Source: Candidatus Poseidoniaceae archaeon (GTDB lineage Archaea; Thermoplasmatota; Poseidoniia; Poseidoniales; Poseidoniaceae). Taken from it: a DNA stretch of 50,107 nt. Below the pieces are notes generated by a model. It worked only from the letters and a program-made list of their open reading frames with translations, ran no database searches and was not told where the DNA came from. Positions 27,079 through 36,427 of the stretch are shown one piece after another. A program made the translations under genes and the position numbers. Where the stretch lies: contig JANXHP010000021.1 of NCBI GenBank assembly GCA_024958795.1, forward strand, positions 1 through 50,107, in the 5' to 3' direction. Numbering within the stretch: position 1 is the stretch's first letter; every line of letters begins with the position of its first letter.

Positions 27079-28080
27079 TTAACCTTCTTCTTCAACTACT
27101 TCTGACTTTACAACATGGTCTAAATTCATATTTAATACTTCATACATAGCGCTAGGTAATTCAACTTCAAGTCCTTGCTTTTTACCCCACTCAACCAATC
27201 TAGTTACATCTCTAACGAGGAACTCTTGTGCCTTTGGATGTGTTTCAATTACCGCTTGACCAACATCTATTACGACAGGCCCTCCATCATGCCACAAGAT
27301 GTTATATGGAGAAAAATCTCCATGAGCAAGTTTTGCTTTTTGCCAAGTAACTGCTAAAAATTCTAGTAATTCATCATATACTGGCTCTGGATCTTCTACT
27401 TTCACTTCTCTCAATTTTGGACTAGGTGATATTTCATCACCCAAATAATCCATCACTAGGACATTTTTGTGCAACCCTAGTGGTTTGGGCACATTCAATC
27501 CCCAACGAGAAAGTCTAGTCAAATTACTATGTTCTTTACGAACCCAAATATCAACCAAATCCCTATGCCTACGCTTTAATCCACTAAACCTTCTATCACC
27601 TTCGATATATTGTACTAAATTTTTGAATACCGCATTTGAAGTGTGGAATATTTTGACTGCAACAACTTTGCCATCTAAATCAGTAGCATGAAAAACATGC
27701 GCTTCTTTACCTCTAGCGATTGGGAAATCGAGTGTGTCTATGACTCCACTCTTCATTAGTTTATACAATGACATTAGAGTTAATCTGTCAAACACTTGAT
27801 CGAAAACACGGCGGTCTACCCAATCATAACTTCCTTTGCCAACAACACCTTGGAGTTTTGATTCTATATCACGAAACATTCTCTTGTGTCTATCTTCTTT
27901 CATCCAAACATATCGGCCAGACTTTGATTCCAAATCATTGAGGAACTTCTTAGATTGCTTCTCGTTAAATGCAGCATCTTCTATCTGCTCAGGAGTTTGG
28001 TTTTGATTCCTATTCTTTTTCTTATTGCGACGATGCTGGCGAGTGTTTTCGGTCAAATCTTCCCAGTCATCGGAACCCAT
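27079..28080 (-). CDS. rio1: RIO1-type Ser/Thr kinase
   Basis: VFDRLTL, IARGKEAHVFHA, VAVKIF, YIEGDRRF, HGDFSPYNIL, IDVGQAV. Confidence 0.95.
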   Translation of the reverse strand: MGSDDWEDLTENTRQHRRNKKKNRNQNQTPEQIEDAAFNEKQSKKFLNDLESKSGRYVWMKEDRHKRMFRDIESKLQGVVGKGSYDWVDRRVFDQVFDRLTLMSLYKLMKSGVIDTLDFPIARGKEAHVFHATDLDGKVVAVKIFHTSNAVFKNLVQYIEGDRRFSGLKRRHRDLVDIWVRKEHSNLTRLSRWGLNVPKPLGLHKNVLVMDYLGDEISPSPKLREVKVEDPEPVYDELLEFLAVTWQKAKLAHGDFSPYNILWHDGGPVVIDVGQAVIETHPKAQEFLVRDVTRLVEWGKKQGLEVELPSAMYEVLNMNLDHVVKSEVVEEEG

Positions 28081-28134
28081 AGACTCTCACCTTTGATTGC
28101 CCAACATAGCAATATAACATCAAAGCGTCGGTAT

Positions 28135-28794
28135 TCAGGCGAATAATGCATCAATATCATCATCGTCATCATCATCGTCATCATCTTCACTTGACTCTTC
28201 AGCAATAACTTCAGCAGGTTCTTCTTCAACGACTTCTTGTTCTGATTCTTCTTCACTTGCAAATAAGTCATCTGTTTCGTCATCATCGCCTTCAGACATA
28301 TCTTCTGTTTCTTCCGCAACTGATTCTTCCGCAACATCATCCTCAAACATATCGTCTTCTTCAGCATCGCTTGAGTTACCGAATAAGTCATCAAATTCAT
28401 CATCGTCATCTTGACGAGTGTTCATTCCAAACATATCAACTACTTCTGGAAGAACTCCTTTTCGTGAGAGGTACATCGATTGTGTCTTGCTGTATCTATG
28501 CTTTACGTCCGCCTTAGCATCTTGGAAATCCCAAGGCCAAACGATAATCAAATCTCCTTCGCGAACCCATTGTCTACGACGCATTTTTCCTGGAATACGG
28601 GCCAATCTCGTTTCACCATCAGCACACAGTACTGATACGCGACGACCACCGAGAATTTGTTCTGCTAAGGCAAACATTTCATTGACCTTTTTGTTAGGCA
28701 TCTTAACACGGATTTTGCCACCTGTGCCTCCTTCAGGAGATTCAAGACGAGCTAGTTCTTCCACGTCTACTTTTTCTTCACGACGACGTCCCAT
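28135..28794 (-). CDS. eif1a: Translation initiation factor aIF1A with long acidic C-terminal tail
   Basis: LGGRRVSVLCADGETRLARIPGKMRRRQWVREGDLIIVWPWDFQDAKADV. Start moved to MGRRREE at 28794. Confidence 0.93.
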   Translation of the reverse strand: MGRRREEKVDVEELARLESPEGGTGGKIRVKMPNKKVNEMFALAEQILGGRRVSVLCADGETRLARIPGKMRRRQWVREGDLIIVWPWDFQDAKADVKHRYSKTQSMYLSRKGVLPEVVDMFGMNTRQDDDDEFDDLFGNSSDAEEDDMFEDDVAEESVAEETEDMSEGDDDETDDLFASEEESEQEVVEEEPAEVIAEESSEDDDDDDDDDDIDALFA

Positions 28795-28869
28795 GTGCTT
28801 GCACCTAACTGCTCCACCAGCCAACCCTTCTTGAAGGGTTCACATACTCATGCAGTGATATTGACGCTA

Positions 28870-30687
28870 TTATTGACTCGCCCAACTATAATTTAGGCTA
28901 TTTGCTGCCATTTCACACAATTCGATTAATGCATCTGCATTTATTCCGAAGAACACTGAAGCGACTACACAAGCAAAGATTGCTGTTCTTACTTGCCATC
29001 CATTTGGAAGTGGACCTTGTCGAGTTCCCTCTGGTTCATGGAAATACATTGTAACAACAACACGCAGATAATAGAACATTGAAATTGCTGAATTCAAAAC
29101 CATAATCAATGCTAACCACCAAACCCAATGTGCATCTCCAATACTGAGGAGATCACCATTGGATATCGCATCACCCATATCTCCAATTGCAACCTTTACA
29201 ATTCCCATTATCACTAATAGTTTAGACATAAATCCAGACATTGGTGGTACACCTGCAAGACTAATCATAAAGATAAACATGGATACTGCAAGTAGTGGTT
29301 CTCTCTTTGCAAGACCTCTCATATTAGACATTTGAGAAACTTCTCCTTCACTTTCTAGAACTGAAAGGACAAGGAATGCTCCTAACTTGAAACAAACTAA
29401 TACAACCAAATGGAATAGTATCGCCGTCATTACCATAATCGCTGCATCTCCGCCATGGCCAGCAAGTCTCGGATCCCAATTCCATGCACCAATCGCAGTT
29501 AATCCCGCAAGCATATATCCAGCATGAGCAACTGATGAATAAGCCAACATTCTCTTTGGATTGTCTGAACCCAATGCTGCAATATTGCCCCAAGTCATTG
29601 TGACTACAGAAAGAATACCTAATGCAACTAACCAAATTGCAGAGCCATCACTGGATTCTGGACTTGCAACTATTAACAACATACGCGTTAATCCAACAAT
29701 TCCCATCGCTTTACTTGCTGTTGCCAATATTCCTGCTACTGGTGAACTCGCTCCAGCATAAGCATCTGGTGCAGCGAAATGGAATGGTGCGGCGCTTACT
29801 TTGAAACCGAATCCAACCAATACAAATCCAAGTGCAATCAATGGTAATGCTGGAGAACCTTGTGGGCTCATGGCTGCATCAAAAGCAACCGATAATTCTC
29901 CTAATTGTAGAGAACCGGCCCAAAGATAGAGCATTGAAAGTCCGTATAGTCCAATACCTGATGCAACAGAACCAACGATGAAATATTTCATTCCACCTTC
30001 TGTTCCTTCCTTTGATTCTTTGTGGAATGCGACTAATACATATGATGAGAAACTTGCTAATTCCAAACCGAGGAATAGCACGAACATGTCCTGTGCCAAT
30101 GCAACTATTGCCATTCCCATTCCTGTAGTTAGTAGTAAGATGTAGAAGTCTGCTTGGCGGCGGTTGTTGTAAAGAGCATTTGTGCTTCTATCTGAAGCAT
30201 CAAATGATTGCAAACGATTCATACTAGCGATAGCAGCAAGAGAAAGAGCTCCGAAGAATATCATTTCAAATAGACGTGAGAAACCATTGATGAGCAACAA
30301 TTCCTTTGAACTACCAGGAAGAATATGGCTGCCTCCATTGACTAATACATCACCTGAATTTACTTCGTTTATTGTTGTTGGAAGTAATTCTGATACGATC
30401 ATATAGCGCTGAAGACCACCATCAAAGGTCATTAGCACCTCTACGAATGCAATGATCAAGGTGATTGCAGCAATCCAACTTGGTAAGCGAGGATTGGAAA
30501 ATGCAGAATATCTCTCTCCACCTAAGAAGTACGGCAATCTAATTTGAGTCCCAGGAATCCTAAAGGTGGCCTTACCCAAATTTGGAATTATTATCAGTGC
30601 AAATAATCCAGCAACTAATACTAATTCTGGGCAAAACGCAGTAGTGAAGTTTTCATCAAATGGTTGGACATATGTTACTTCAGACAT
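28870..30687 (-). CDS. nuoN: Complex I-like antiporter subunit N
   Basis: LGLELASF, EGGMKYF, GFKVSAAPFHF.APDAY.G, KRMLAYSSVAHAGY, SLAGVPP; SD GGAGGTG before the ATG at 30687. Confidence 0.93.
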   Translation of the reverse strand: MSEVTYVQPFDENFTTAFCPELVLVAGLFALIIIPNLGKATFRIPGTQIRLPYFLGGERYSAFSNPRLPSWIAAITLIIAFVEVLMTFDGGLQRYMIVSELLPTTINEVNSGDVLVNGGSHILPGSSKELLLINGFSRLFEMIFFGALSLAAIASMNRLQSFDASDRSTNALYNNRRQADFYILLLTTGMGMAIVALAQDMFVLFLGLELASFSSYVLVAFHKESKEGTEGGMKYFIVGSVASGIGLYGLSMLYLWAGSLQLGELSVAFDAAMSPQGSPALPLIALGFVLVGFGFKVSAAPFHFAAPDAYAGASSPVAGILATASKAMGIVGLTRMLLIVASPESSDGSAIWLVALGILSVVTMTWGNIAALGSDNPKRMLAYSSVAHAGYMLAGLTAIGAWNWDPRLAGHGGDAAIMVMTAILFHLVVLVCFKLGAFLVLSVLESEGEVSQMSNMRGLAKREPLLAVSMFIFMISLAGVPPMSGFMSKLLVIMGIVKVAIGDMGDAISNGDLLSIGDAHWVWWLALIMVLNSAISMFYYLRVVVTMYFHEPEGTRQGPLPNGWQVRTAIFACVVASVFFGINADALIELCEMAANSLNYSWASQ

Positions 30688-30688
30688 T

Positions 30689-32332
30689 TTAGACACCTCC
30701 AGAAAAGTTGCCGAGAATCGGCATAATCAAACCTTCAAAAATTTGGATGGTCCAATCATTCATCATATCCAATGCAATCCATGGCATTACACCGAATAAG
30801 ATTGTAAACATTGCTAATACAAACATTGCCAACTTCTCATGGTTAGCAATATCAGGAATTGGGTGTCCATCCATTGAAGCAGGTGGTTGTGTTTCATCTC
30901 CACCTTCGAAGATTGTGCGTTGCATACTCCATAGATAATATGCCGCAGTAACAGCGATAGTAAGTGCTGGTCCAACCATCCACAATACACTCCAGCCTTC
31001 AGCGATTAAGAAGTGCCATAGAGCGATTAAGACCATTAATTCTGCAACGAATCCTGCTAATAGAGGAAGTCCGAGAGAAGCCATCCATGCGAACATCATA
31101 GATGTCGCTAACCAAGGTGAATGTTTGGCCATACCGCGCATTTCACCAATTTCCATACTGTGGTAGTGATGCTTGAATGCTCCACACACTGCGAACAAGT
31201 GAGGTGAGATAATTCCGTGTGCAAACATCATGAATAAGGCTGCAGCCCATCCAATCGGTTGCATTGTAGCAATACCTATACAAATTACTCCCATGTGAGA
31301 TACAGAGGAATAAGCAACCATCTTCTTGAGATTGGTCTGACCTAAACAAACTATTGAACCCCAAACAAGTGAAATCATACCGATTGCCATCAATGCTAAT
31401 TGGAAGTGTTCCAAGGCATGGGGGAATAGTGCTACAGGTAATCTAAACATTCCATATGCACCCATCTTTAGCATTACACCTGCAAGTAGCATTGAGCCAC
31501 CAGTAGGAGCTTGAACGTGTGCATCTGGAAGCCAAGTATGGAAAGGAACTGCCGGTAACTTTACCAAGAATCCGAGCATTAACATTACAAAGATAATCTT
31601 CTGCATTGAAGCACCCAAAAACCAATTTCCATTCATGTTAGCATTTTGTGCATAAGTCACAAGTTCTGGAATATCAAATGTGCGTCCTGTCAATGAACCT
31701 GAGTAGGCCAATGGTTCCAATGGGTTTTGTAAGAAGTAAAGAGTTACAAGACCTAGTAACATAACTACGGAAGCTGTGAAAGTATAGATGAAGAACTTCT
31801 GAGCTGCATATTTTCTATCTGCACCACCCCACTTGAGAATCAAGAAGAACATTGGAATCAGAGTCAATTCCCAGAAGACATAGAACATGAATAAATCAAG
31901 AGATACGAAAACACCGATTAAAGCTCCACCCATTAACAGAATTAGAGGATGATAGAATGCACCATTCTTTTCATCCCAAGTCGCAATAATAGTAATCGGT
32001 AGAAGTAGTGTTGTCAGCCAAACCATAGGGAATGAAAGCGCATCAAGACCAACGCTCCAATATATTCCCAATGAATCAACCCAAGAATATCTTGCAGTAA
32101 ACTCATAGGTGTTGAAAGCAATACCTTCGAAGCCATTTATATCTCCGAAATAATTGTAGAACATTGCTGTAGTCAAACCAAGCAATCCTAGAGAAAATAA
32201 CAAGATTGCCCACCTAATTGGGTTAACCATCTTCTCTCGCACTTCTTCACTCAAATTTGAGACAGTTGCCATTATTATTAAGCTCGCAATAATCGGTAAT
32301 CCGACCAAAGGCATTGAAATTAGGTCTTGCAA
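30689..32332 (-). CDS. nuoM: Complex I-like antiporter subunit M
   Basis: FYVFWELTLIPMFF, VKLPAVPFHTWLPDAHVQAP, LKMGAYG, KKMVAYSSVSHMG; TTG start abutting the nuoL stop. Confidence 0.93.
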   Translation of the reverse strand: MQDLISMPLVGLPIIASLIIMATVSNLSEEVREKMVNPIRWAILLFSLGLLGLTTAMFYNYFGDINGFEGIAFNTYEFTARYSWVDSLGIYWSVGLDALSFPMVWLTTLLLPITIIATWDEKNGAFYHPLILLMGGALIGVFVSLDLFMFYVFWELTLIPMFFLILKWGGADRKYAAQKFFIYTFTASVVMLLGLVTLYFLQNPLEPLAYSGSLTGRTFDIPELVTYAQNANMNGNWFLGASMQKIIFVMLMLGFLVKLPAVPFHTWLPDAHVQAPTGGSMLLAGVMLKMGAYGMFRLPVALFPHALEHFQLALMAIGMISLVWGSIVCLGQTNLKKMVAYSSVSHMGVICIGIATMQPIGWAAALFMMFAHGIISPHLFAVCGAFKHHYHSMEIGEMRGMAKHSPWLATSMMFAWMASLGLPLLAGFVAELMVLIALWHFLIAEGWSVLWMVGPALTIAVTAAYYLWSMQRTIFEGGDETQPPASMDGHPIPDIANHEKLAMFVLAMFTILFGVMPWIALDMMNDWTIQIFEGLIMPILGNFSGGV

Positions 32333-34567
32333 TCAAGCCACCCCCCAGATAAAGAAGAAAATAAGCAATGTTCCGATCGCCACCCAAAGTATGTAATCAC
32401 GGGCAGAACCAGTTGTTAGAGAGCGAACTGTGGTTGAAATCTTTTGTGATTTGTCTTCTATTTGTTTTACAGTACCATCAATGATTTTTGTATCGGCTTC
32501 AGCAACCTTATTGGAAAATCCTGCAACAATCTTGACCATTGCCAAATCATAGTACTTGTCAATATACAATCTGTTTTGTAAAGCGACTGCCAGACCAGAT
32601 GTTGCTATTCCACTATTATCCCAGTGGTATTTGTCGTAAACCCAATTGTTGAGTTTTATTACCGGTCTAAACCAAGGCTTGCACTCTTCTCCATCCTCAA
32701 GTTTACCACCAAATAGAGACATTGCCACAAATGGTCCAAGAATAGCACCAAGAGCAATTGCAACATATGTCAATATGAAGAAGAATGTATCATGGTTTGC
32801 GAAAGCATGACCTAATTCATACATTATACCATCAATTAATCCATGGTCAGATAGTAAGCTATATTCTGAATCTGGAGCCCAATGAGCAAAGCCCATACCT
32901 GCCAATAGAATTGATGACAATGTTACGAATGTTAGGATGAAAAGAGGTGTTTTGATCCAAGTATTGGTTGGACCAACATGTGCAGCAACTTCGTTACTTG
33001 GCTTACCTGCAAAGGTCTTGAGCCACATTCTTGACATGTAAAATCCAGTCATTCCAGCACCTACTAATACGCAGGCTGCAGGGAAAAAGAATCTAGGGTC
33101 TTCCAAAGCAACTCTCCAAGCATTAGCAATGATTCCTTCTTTAGACCAGAATCCCCCAATCAGTGGCAGACCCATAATAGAAGCTGAACCGACTAACATT
33201 GCTGTTGCTGTAAGAGGCATTTTACTCGCTAGACCACCCATATTCTCCATCGATTGAGCATCAAAGTCATCATCATGTCCATGGTCATCATGGTGCAGAT
33301 GGTGATGTGCATGATGAACTTCATGAATTACTGAACCACTTGCCATGAACAGCATTCCTTTTGCCATCGCGTGGTTGAATAAGTGGAATAGTGCTGCTCC
33401 AAATGCAACTACTACAATTGTATGAGCATCTGCGTCATGATGCCAATCCAATGTATTTGCAAGCCATAAAGCAACACCTAATCCTGTGAAAATATAAGCT
33501 AATTGACTCATTGTTGAATATGCTAATACCTTCTTCAAATCATCTTGGACAAAGGCAATTCCAGCAGCCATTACTACAGTAATACCACCAATTGAAGCGA
33601 TGATGAATGCTAGGTCAACCAATTCACCAGACATTGATTCTGCACCAAAGAATGGGAACATACGAGCAACTAGGTATAATCCTGCATTGACCATTGTTGC
33701 TGCGTGAATAAGAGCTGATACAGGTGTTGGACCTTCCATAGCATCTGGCAACCAAACGTGTAATGGGAATTGTGCTGATTTACCAACAGCACCAATAAAC
33801 ATCATTCCAAGTGCCCATTGTAAAGAACCAGAATCAACTGCTGCAATATTTGCTGAGTCAAAGACAACATTGTAATCTAATGAACCGAATAAATCCCACA
33901 TCATTACAAGTCCAATCATTAGGAATACATCACCAATACGAGTGGTCATGAATGCTTTCTTAGCAGCCGATGCTGCACTTGGACGTTCGTAATAGAAACC
34001 AATTAGTAAATATGAACAAAGTCCCATTATCTCCCAGAAGATGAATAACCATAGGAAAGAATCTGATAACACCATTCCAAGCATTCCAGCACAGAATAAT
34101 ACGAACTCTGCATAGAAGCGATGGTTTCTATTATCGTTTATTGGATCTGTATTCATATATCCAATCGCAAAGATGTTGATTAGGAAACATAGGAATGCTG
34201 CAACGAATAGTAACATTACTGTAATGTGATCTATGTAAATTCCAAAGCCAAAGGAGATTGAAGATATTGAAGAACCACCTTCCCAAACAGCAGTATTCAA
34301 CCAAGTTAGAGAGAAAATATCTCCGTTATTGGAAAAACTACCAATGTAATCTTTGATAATTACTAATGAAATAAATAATGATGCACCCATTGCTGCTAAA
34401 GCAATAATTCCACCTTCTTTTAGCGTATTCTTCCAAGTAGGATTTGTGTTGAATATCTTACCTAAGAACAAGATGACTGGCATTGCCAATATCGGTAATA
34501 ATATGATGAGAGGCGCATACTCGGCCATTGAACTGTCAACTATTTGTGAACTACTTGAACCAGACAT
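32333..34567 (-). CDS. nuoL: Complex I-like antiporter subunit L
   Basis: FWEIMGLCSYLLIGF, GKSAQFPLHVWLPDAMEGPTPVSALIHAATMV, KKVLAYSTMSQL. Confidence 0.95.
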   Translation of the reverse strand: MSGSSSSQIVDSSMAEYAPLIILLPILAMPVILFLGKIFNTNPTWKNTLKEGGIIALAAMGASLFISLVIIKDYIGSFSNNGDIFSLTWLNTAVWEGGSSISSISFGFGIYIDHITVMLLFVAAFLCFLINIFAIGYMNTDPINDNRNHRFYAEFVLFCAGMLGMVLSDSFLWLFIFWEIMGLCSYLLIGFYYERPSAASAAKKAFMTTRIGDVFLMIGLVMMWDLFGSLDYNVVFDSANIAAVDSGSLQWALGMMFIGAVGKSAQFPLHVWLPDAMEGPTPVSALIHAATMVNAGLYLVARMFPFFGAESMSGELVDLAFIIASIGGITVVMAAGIAFVQDDLKKVLAYSTMSQLAYIFTGLGVALWLANTLDWHHDADAHTIVVVAFGAALFHLFNHAMAKGMLFMASGSVIHEVHHAHHHLHHDDHGHDDDFDAQSMENMGGLASKMPLTATAMLVGSASIMGLPLIGGFWSKEGIIANAWRVALEDPRFFFPAACVLVGAGMTGFYMSRMWLKTFAGKPSNEVAAHVGPTNTWIKTPLFILTFVTLSSILLAGMGFAHWAPDSEYSLLSDHGLIDGIMYELGHAFANHDTFFFILTYVAIALGAILGPFVAMSLFGGKLEDGEECKPWFRPVIKLNNWVYDKYHWDNSGIATSGLAVALQNRLYIDKYYDLAMVKIVAGFSNKVAEADTKIIDGTVKQIEDKSQKISTTVRSLTTGSARDYILWVAIGTLLIFFFIWGVA

Positions 34568-34576
34568 GATACCACC

Positions 34577-34879
34577 TCAGTTACTCAGAACATTGATATC
34601 GTCCAGAGTTATCGTTTCGTGCTTTCCATAAACAGCCAAGAATATGGCTAATCCGATAGCGACTTCACTAGCGGCGATTGCTATTGCGAAAAGGGCGTAA
34701 ACCCAACCGGTTGCATCACCATGGTGAACTGCAGCTGCTGCGAATTGCATATTTGCTGCATTGAGCATTAATTCTATACACATCAATACAATGATGGCAT
34801 TCTTTCTAGTGAAAACTCCAATCAGTCCAATAATGAACAATAGAGCAGAAAGACCGGAAACCCATGCTGGATCAATCAT
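34577..34879 (-). CDS. nuoK: Complex I-like subunit K
   Basis: LFIIGLIG, RKNAIIVLMCIELMLNAAN, AASEVAIGLA. Confidence 0.95.
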   Translation of the reverse strand: MIDPAWVSGLSALLFIIGLIGVFTRKNAIIVLMCIELMLNAANMQFAAAAVHHGDATGWVYALFAIAIAASEVAIGLAIFLAVYGKHETITLDDINVLSN

Positions 34880-35169
34880 TCTTCTTCACCTCCATCATTA
34901 GATTCAGATTTAAATTCCCAAAGAAGATTCTCTCTTCTCTCATCCCTAACAAGATATGCAGCACCTATCATTGCGATAGCCATTAGAACTCCAAGAATCA
35001 TTAAAGGAAGTGCCCATTCGTTGAATAGACTTGATGCCAATCCTGCATTTGTTGGTGACATATCAGGATTCTTAGCAGATTGCCAAGTTGATGCATCAGA
35101 AACAATTTTTACCAAAATAAATCCAAGGCCTACTAAGCCAATTCGAGTAAATGATGACATCAATTTCAT
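34876..35169 (-). CDS. nuoJ2: Complex I-like subunit J, C-terminal half (J2)
   Basis: LF..WALPLMILGVLMAIAMIGA..L matches the last helix of NuoJ; lies between J1 and K. Confidence 0.8.
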   Translation of the reverse strand: MKLMSSFTRIGLVGLGFILVKIVSDASTWQSAKNPDMSPTNAGLASSLFNEWALPLMILGVLMAIAMIGAAYLVRDERRENLLWEFKSESNDGGEEE

Positions 35170-35441
35170 TCAAAATCCTCCTCTAAGATTTGTCTGCGTG
35201 TTAACATGATAGCGAATAATACCACCAAACCAACACTTGCAAGATAAACTAAAATCTGAATTGCTGCCAAGAATTCTGCACCCATTAAGATGAAGATTCC
35301 TGAAACTGCCATGAAACAGAAAATCAATGAAAGCATGGAATGAGCAACACGTTGTGCAAGTATCATTCCAACTGCACCTAGTATTACGATAGTTGCGAAC
35401 AAAAAGAATACTGCTGATTCTGCAATAACTTGTATATCCAT
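35166..35441 (-). CDS. nuoJ1: Complex I-like subunit J, N-terminal half (J1)
   Basis: HSMLSL, AEFLAAIQILVY.ASVGLVVLFAIML. Confidence 0.88.
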   Translation of the reverse strand: MDIQVIAESAVFFLFATIVILGAVGMILAQRVAHSMLSLIFCFMAVSGIFILMGAEFLAAIQILVYLASVGLVVLFAIMLTRRQILEEDFE

Positions 35442-36416
35442 TCAAGCACTCTCCTCTTTAGCTGCCCTTGCAGCCGCCTTTTCACGCTTAGTGCGCTCCT
35501 TGCTTGCTCTCTTTGCCAATTCACCATCAACCGCTTCTTGGTGAACTGTTGGCAGAAGTCGAGTTCTGCTAGCATCCATCCAAAGGTCTTGGCGTGAAAA
35601 GCCGGACATACCATCATATTCGTTGGTCATAAAGAATGAAGTGAATCCACATGCTTCAGCACATAATCCACAGAACATACATCTTCCCAAATCAATTCTA
35701 CCGGATACGATTTGCTCATCTGCAGTTCGTAATTCTGAGGTATTAACATCGGATTCTTCACCAGAATCATTCCAGCGAACTGTTGCAGTATCTCCTGACA
35801 GGTCGAGAACTTCTGCATATCTCCACTGCTCAGGTGCTTCACTGTGAGCAGTTGCAAGGTTGAATGATTCCAATTCCTCATCAATTTGAGCAATTGCCAA
35901 AGCAGCATAACCTCCGACTTCAAGATCGGCCCCCAGCCCTGCATCTTCTCCATCAGCACCATCCAAAACATCAACTCGTAATTCTGTACTCATGTGAAGA
36001 CAATCGTTAGGACATGCTGTAACACATAACTTACAAGCAGTACAAGTTTCCCAAATAATTCCTATACGACCATTGTAATTTCCTGGCTTGAAAAGCCAAG
36101 GCTCAATTTCTTCAAGTCTTTCATACGGATATTGAACTGTTTGAGGCTTCCATAATGTAGGTGTCAAATCAGTTGTCACTCTATCTGGTGCAAATCTTTG
36201 CTTTGAAATATCGTTAATATGGGCATTGCGGGCCATTCTATTCTTAGTTGCATCATCCAAAAACTCAGGGTGTTCTGTATTATGATAAGCGCCCATTTTG
36301 TCGCCCCATCTCTTACCAAAGAATGGGAAAGTTCGCAATGCAGTAATCAATGTAATCTTAAATGGATACCAGAATAGGTTTCTGAAGTTTGGTTGTGCTC
36401 TTGGGTGCATTGGCAT
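35442..36416 (-). CDS. nuoI: Complex I-like 2x[4Fe-4S] subunit I with a large insertion
   Basis: TVQYPYE, CTACKLCVTACP and IDLGRCMFCGLCAEAC; lies between H and J. Confidence 0.9.
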   Translation of the reverse strand: MPMHPRAQPNFRNLFWYPFKITLITALRTFPFFGKRWGDKMGAYHNTEHPEFLDDATKNRMARNAHINDISKQRFAPDRVTTDLTPTLWKPQTVQYPYERLEEIEPWLFKPGNYNGRIGIIWETCTACKLCVTACPNDCLHMSTELRVDVLDGADGEDAGLGADLEVGGYAALAIAQIDEELESFNLATAHSEAPEQWRYAEVLDLSGDTATVRWNDSGEESDVNTSELRTADEQIVSGRIDLGRCMFCGLCAEACGFTSFFMTNEYDGMSGFSRQDLWMDASRTRLLPTVHQEAVDGELAKRASKERTKREKAAARAAKEESA

Positions 36417-36427
36417 TCTAAATCACC

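Noticed and set aside
28053-28409. Met/Lys-rich 118-aa ORF and TCA/TCG triplet repeats
   Set aside because: An alternative frame of the Asp/Glu codon run in the aIF1A tail; not a separate gene or DNA repeat element.
34876-35441. nuoJ as a frameshifted pseudogene
   Set aside because: Both halves have their own starts with ATGA-type overlaps, and split J1/J2 is known in archaea.
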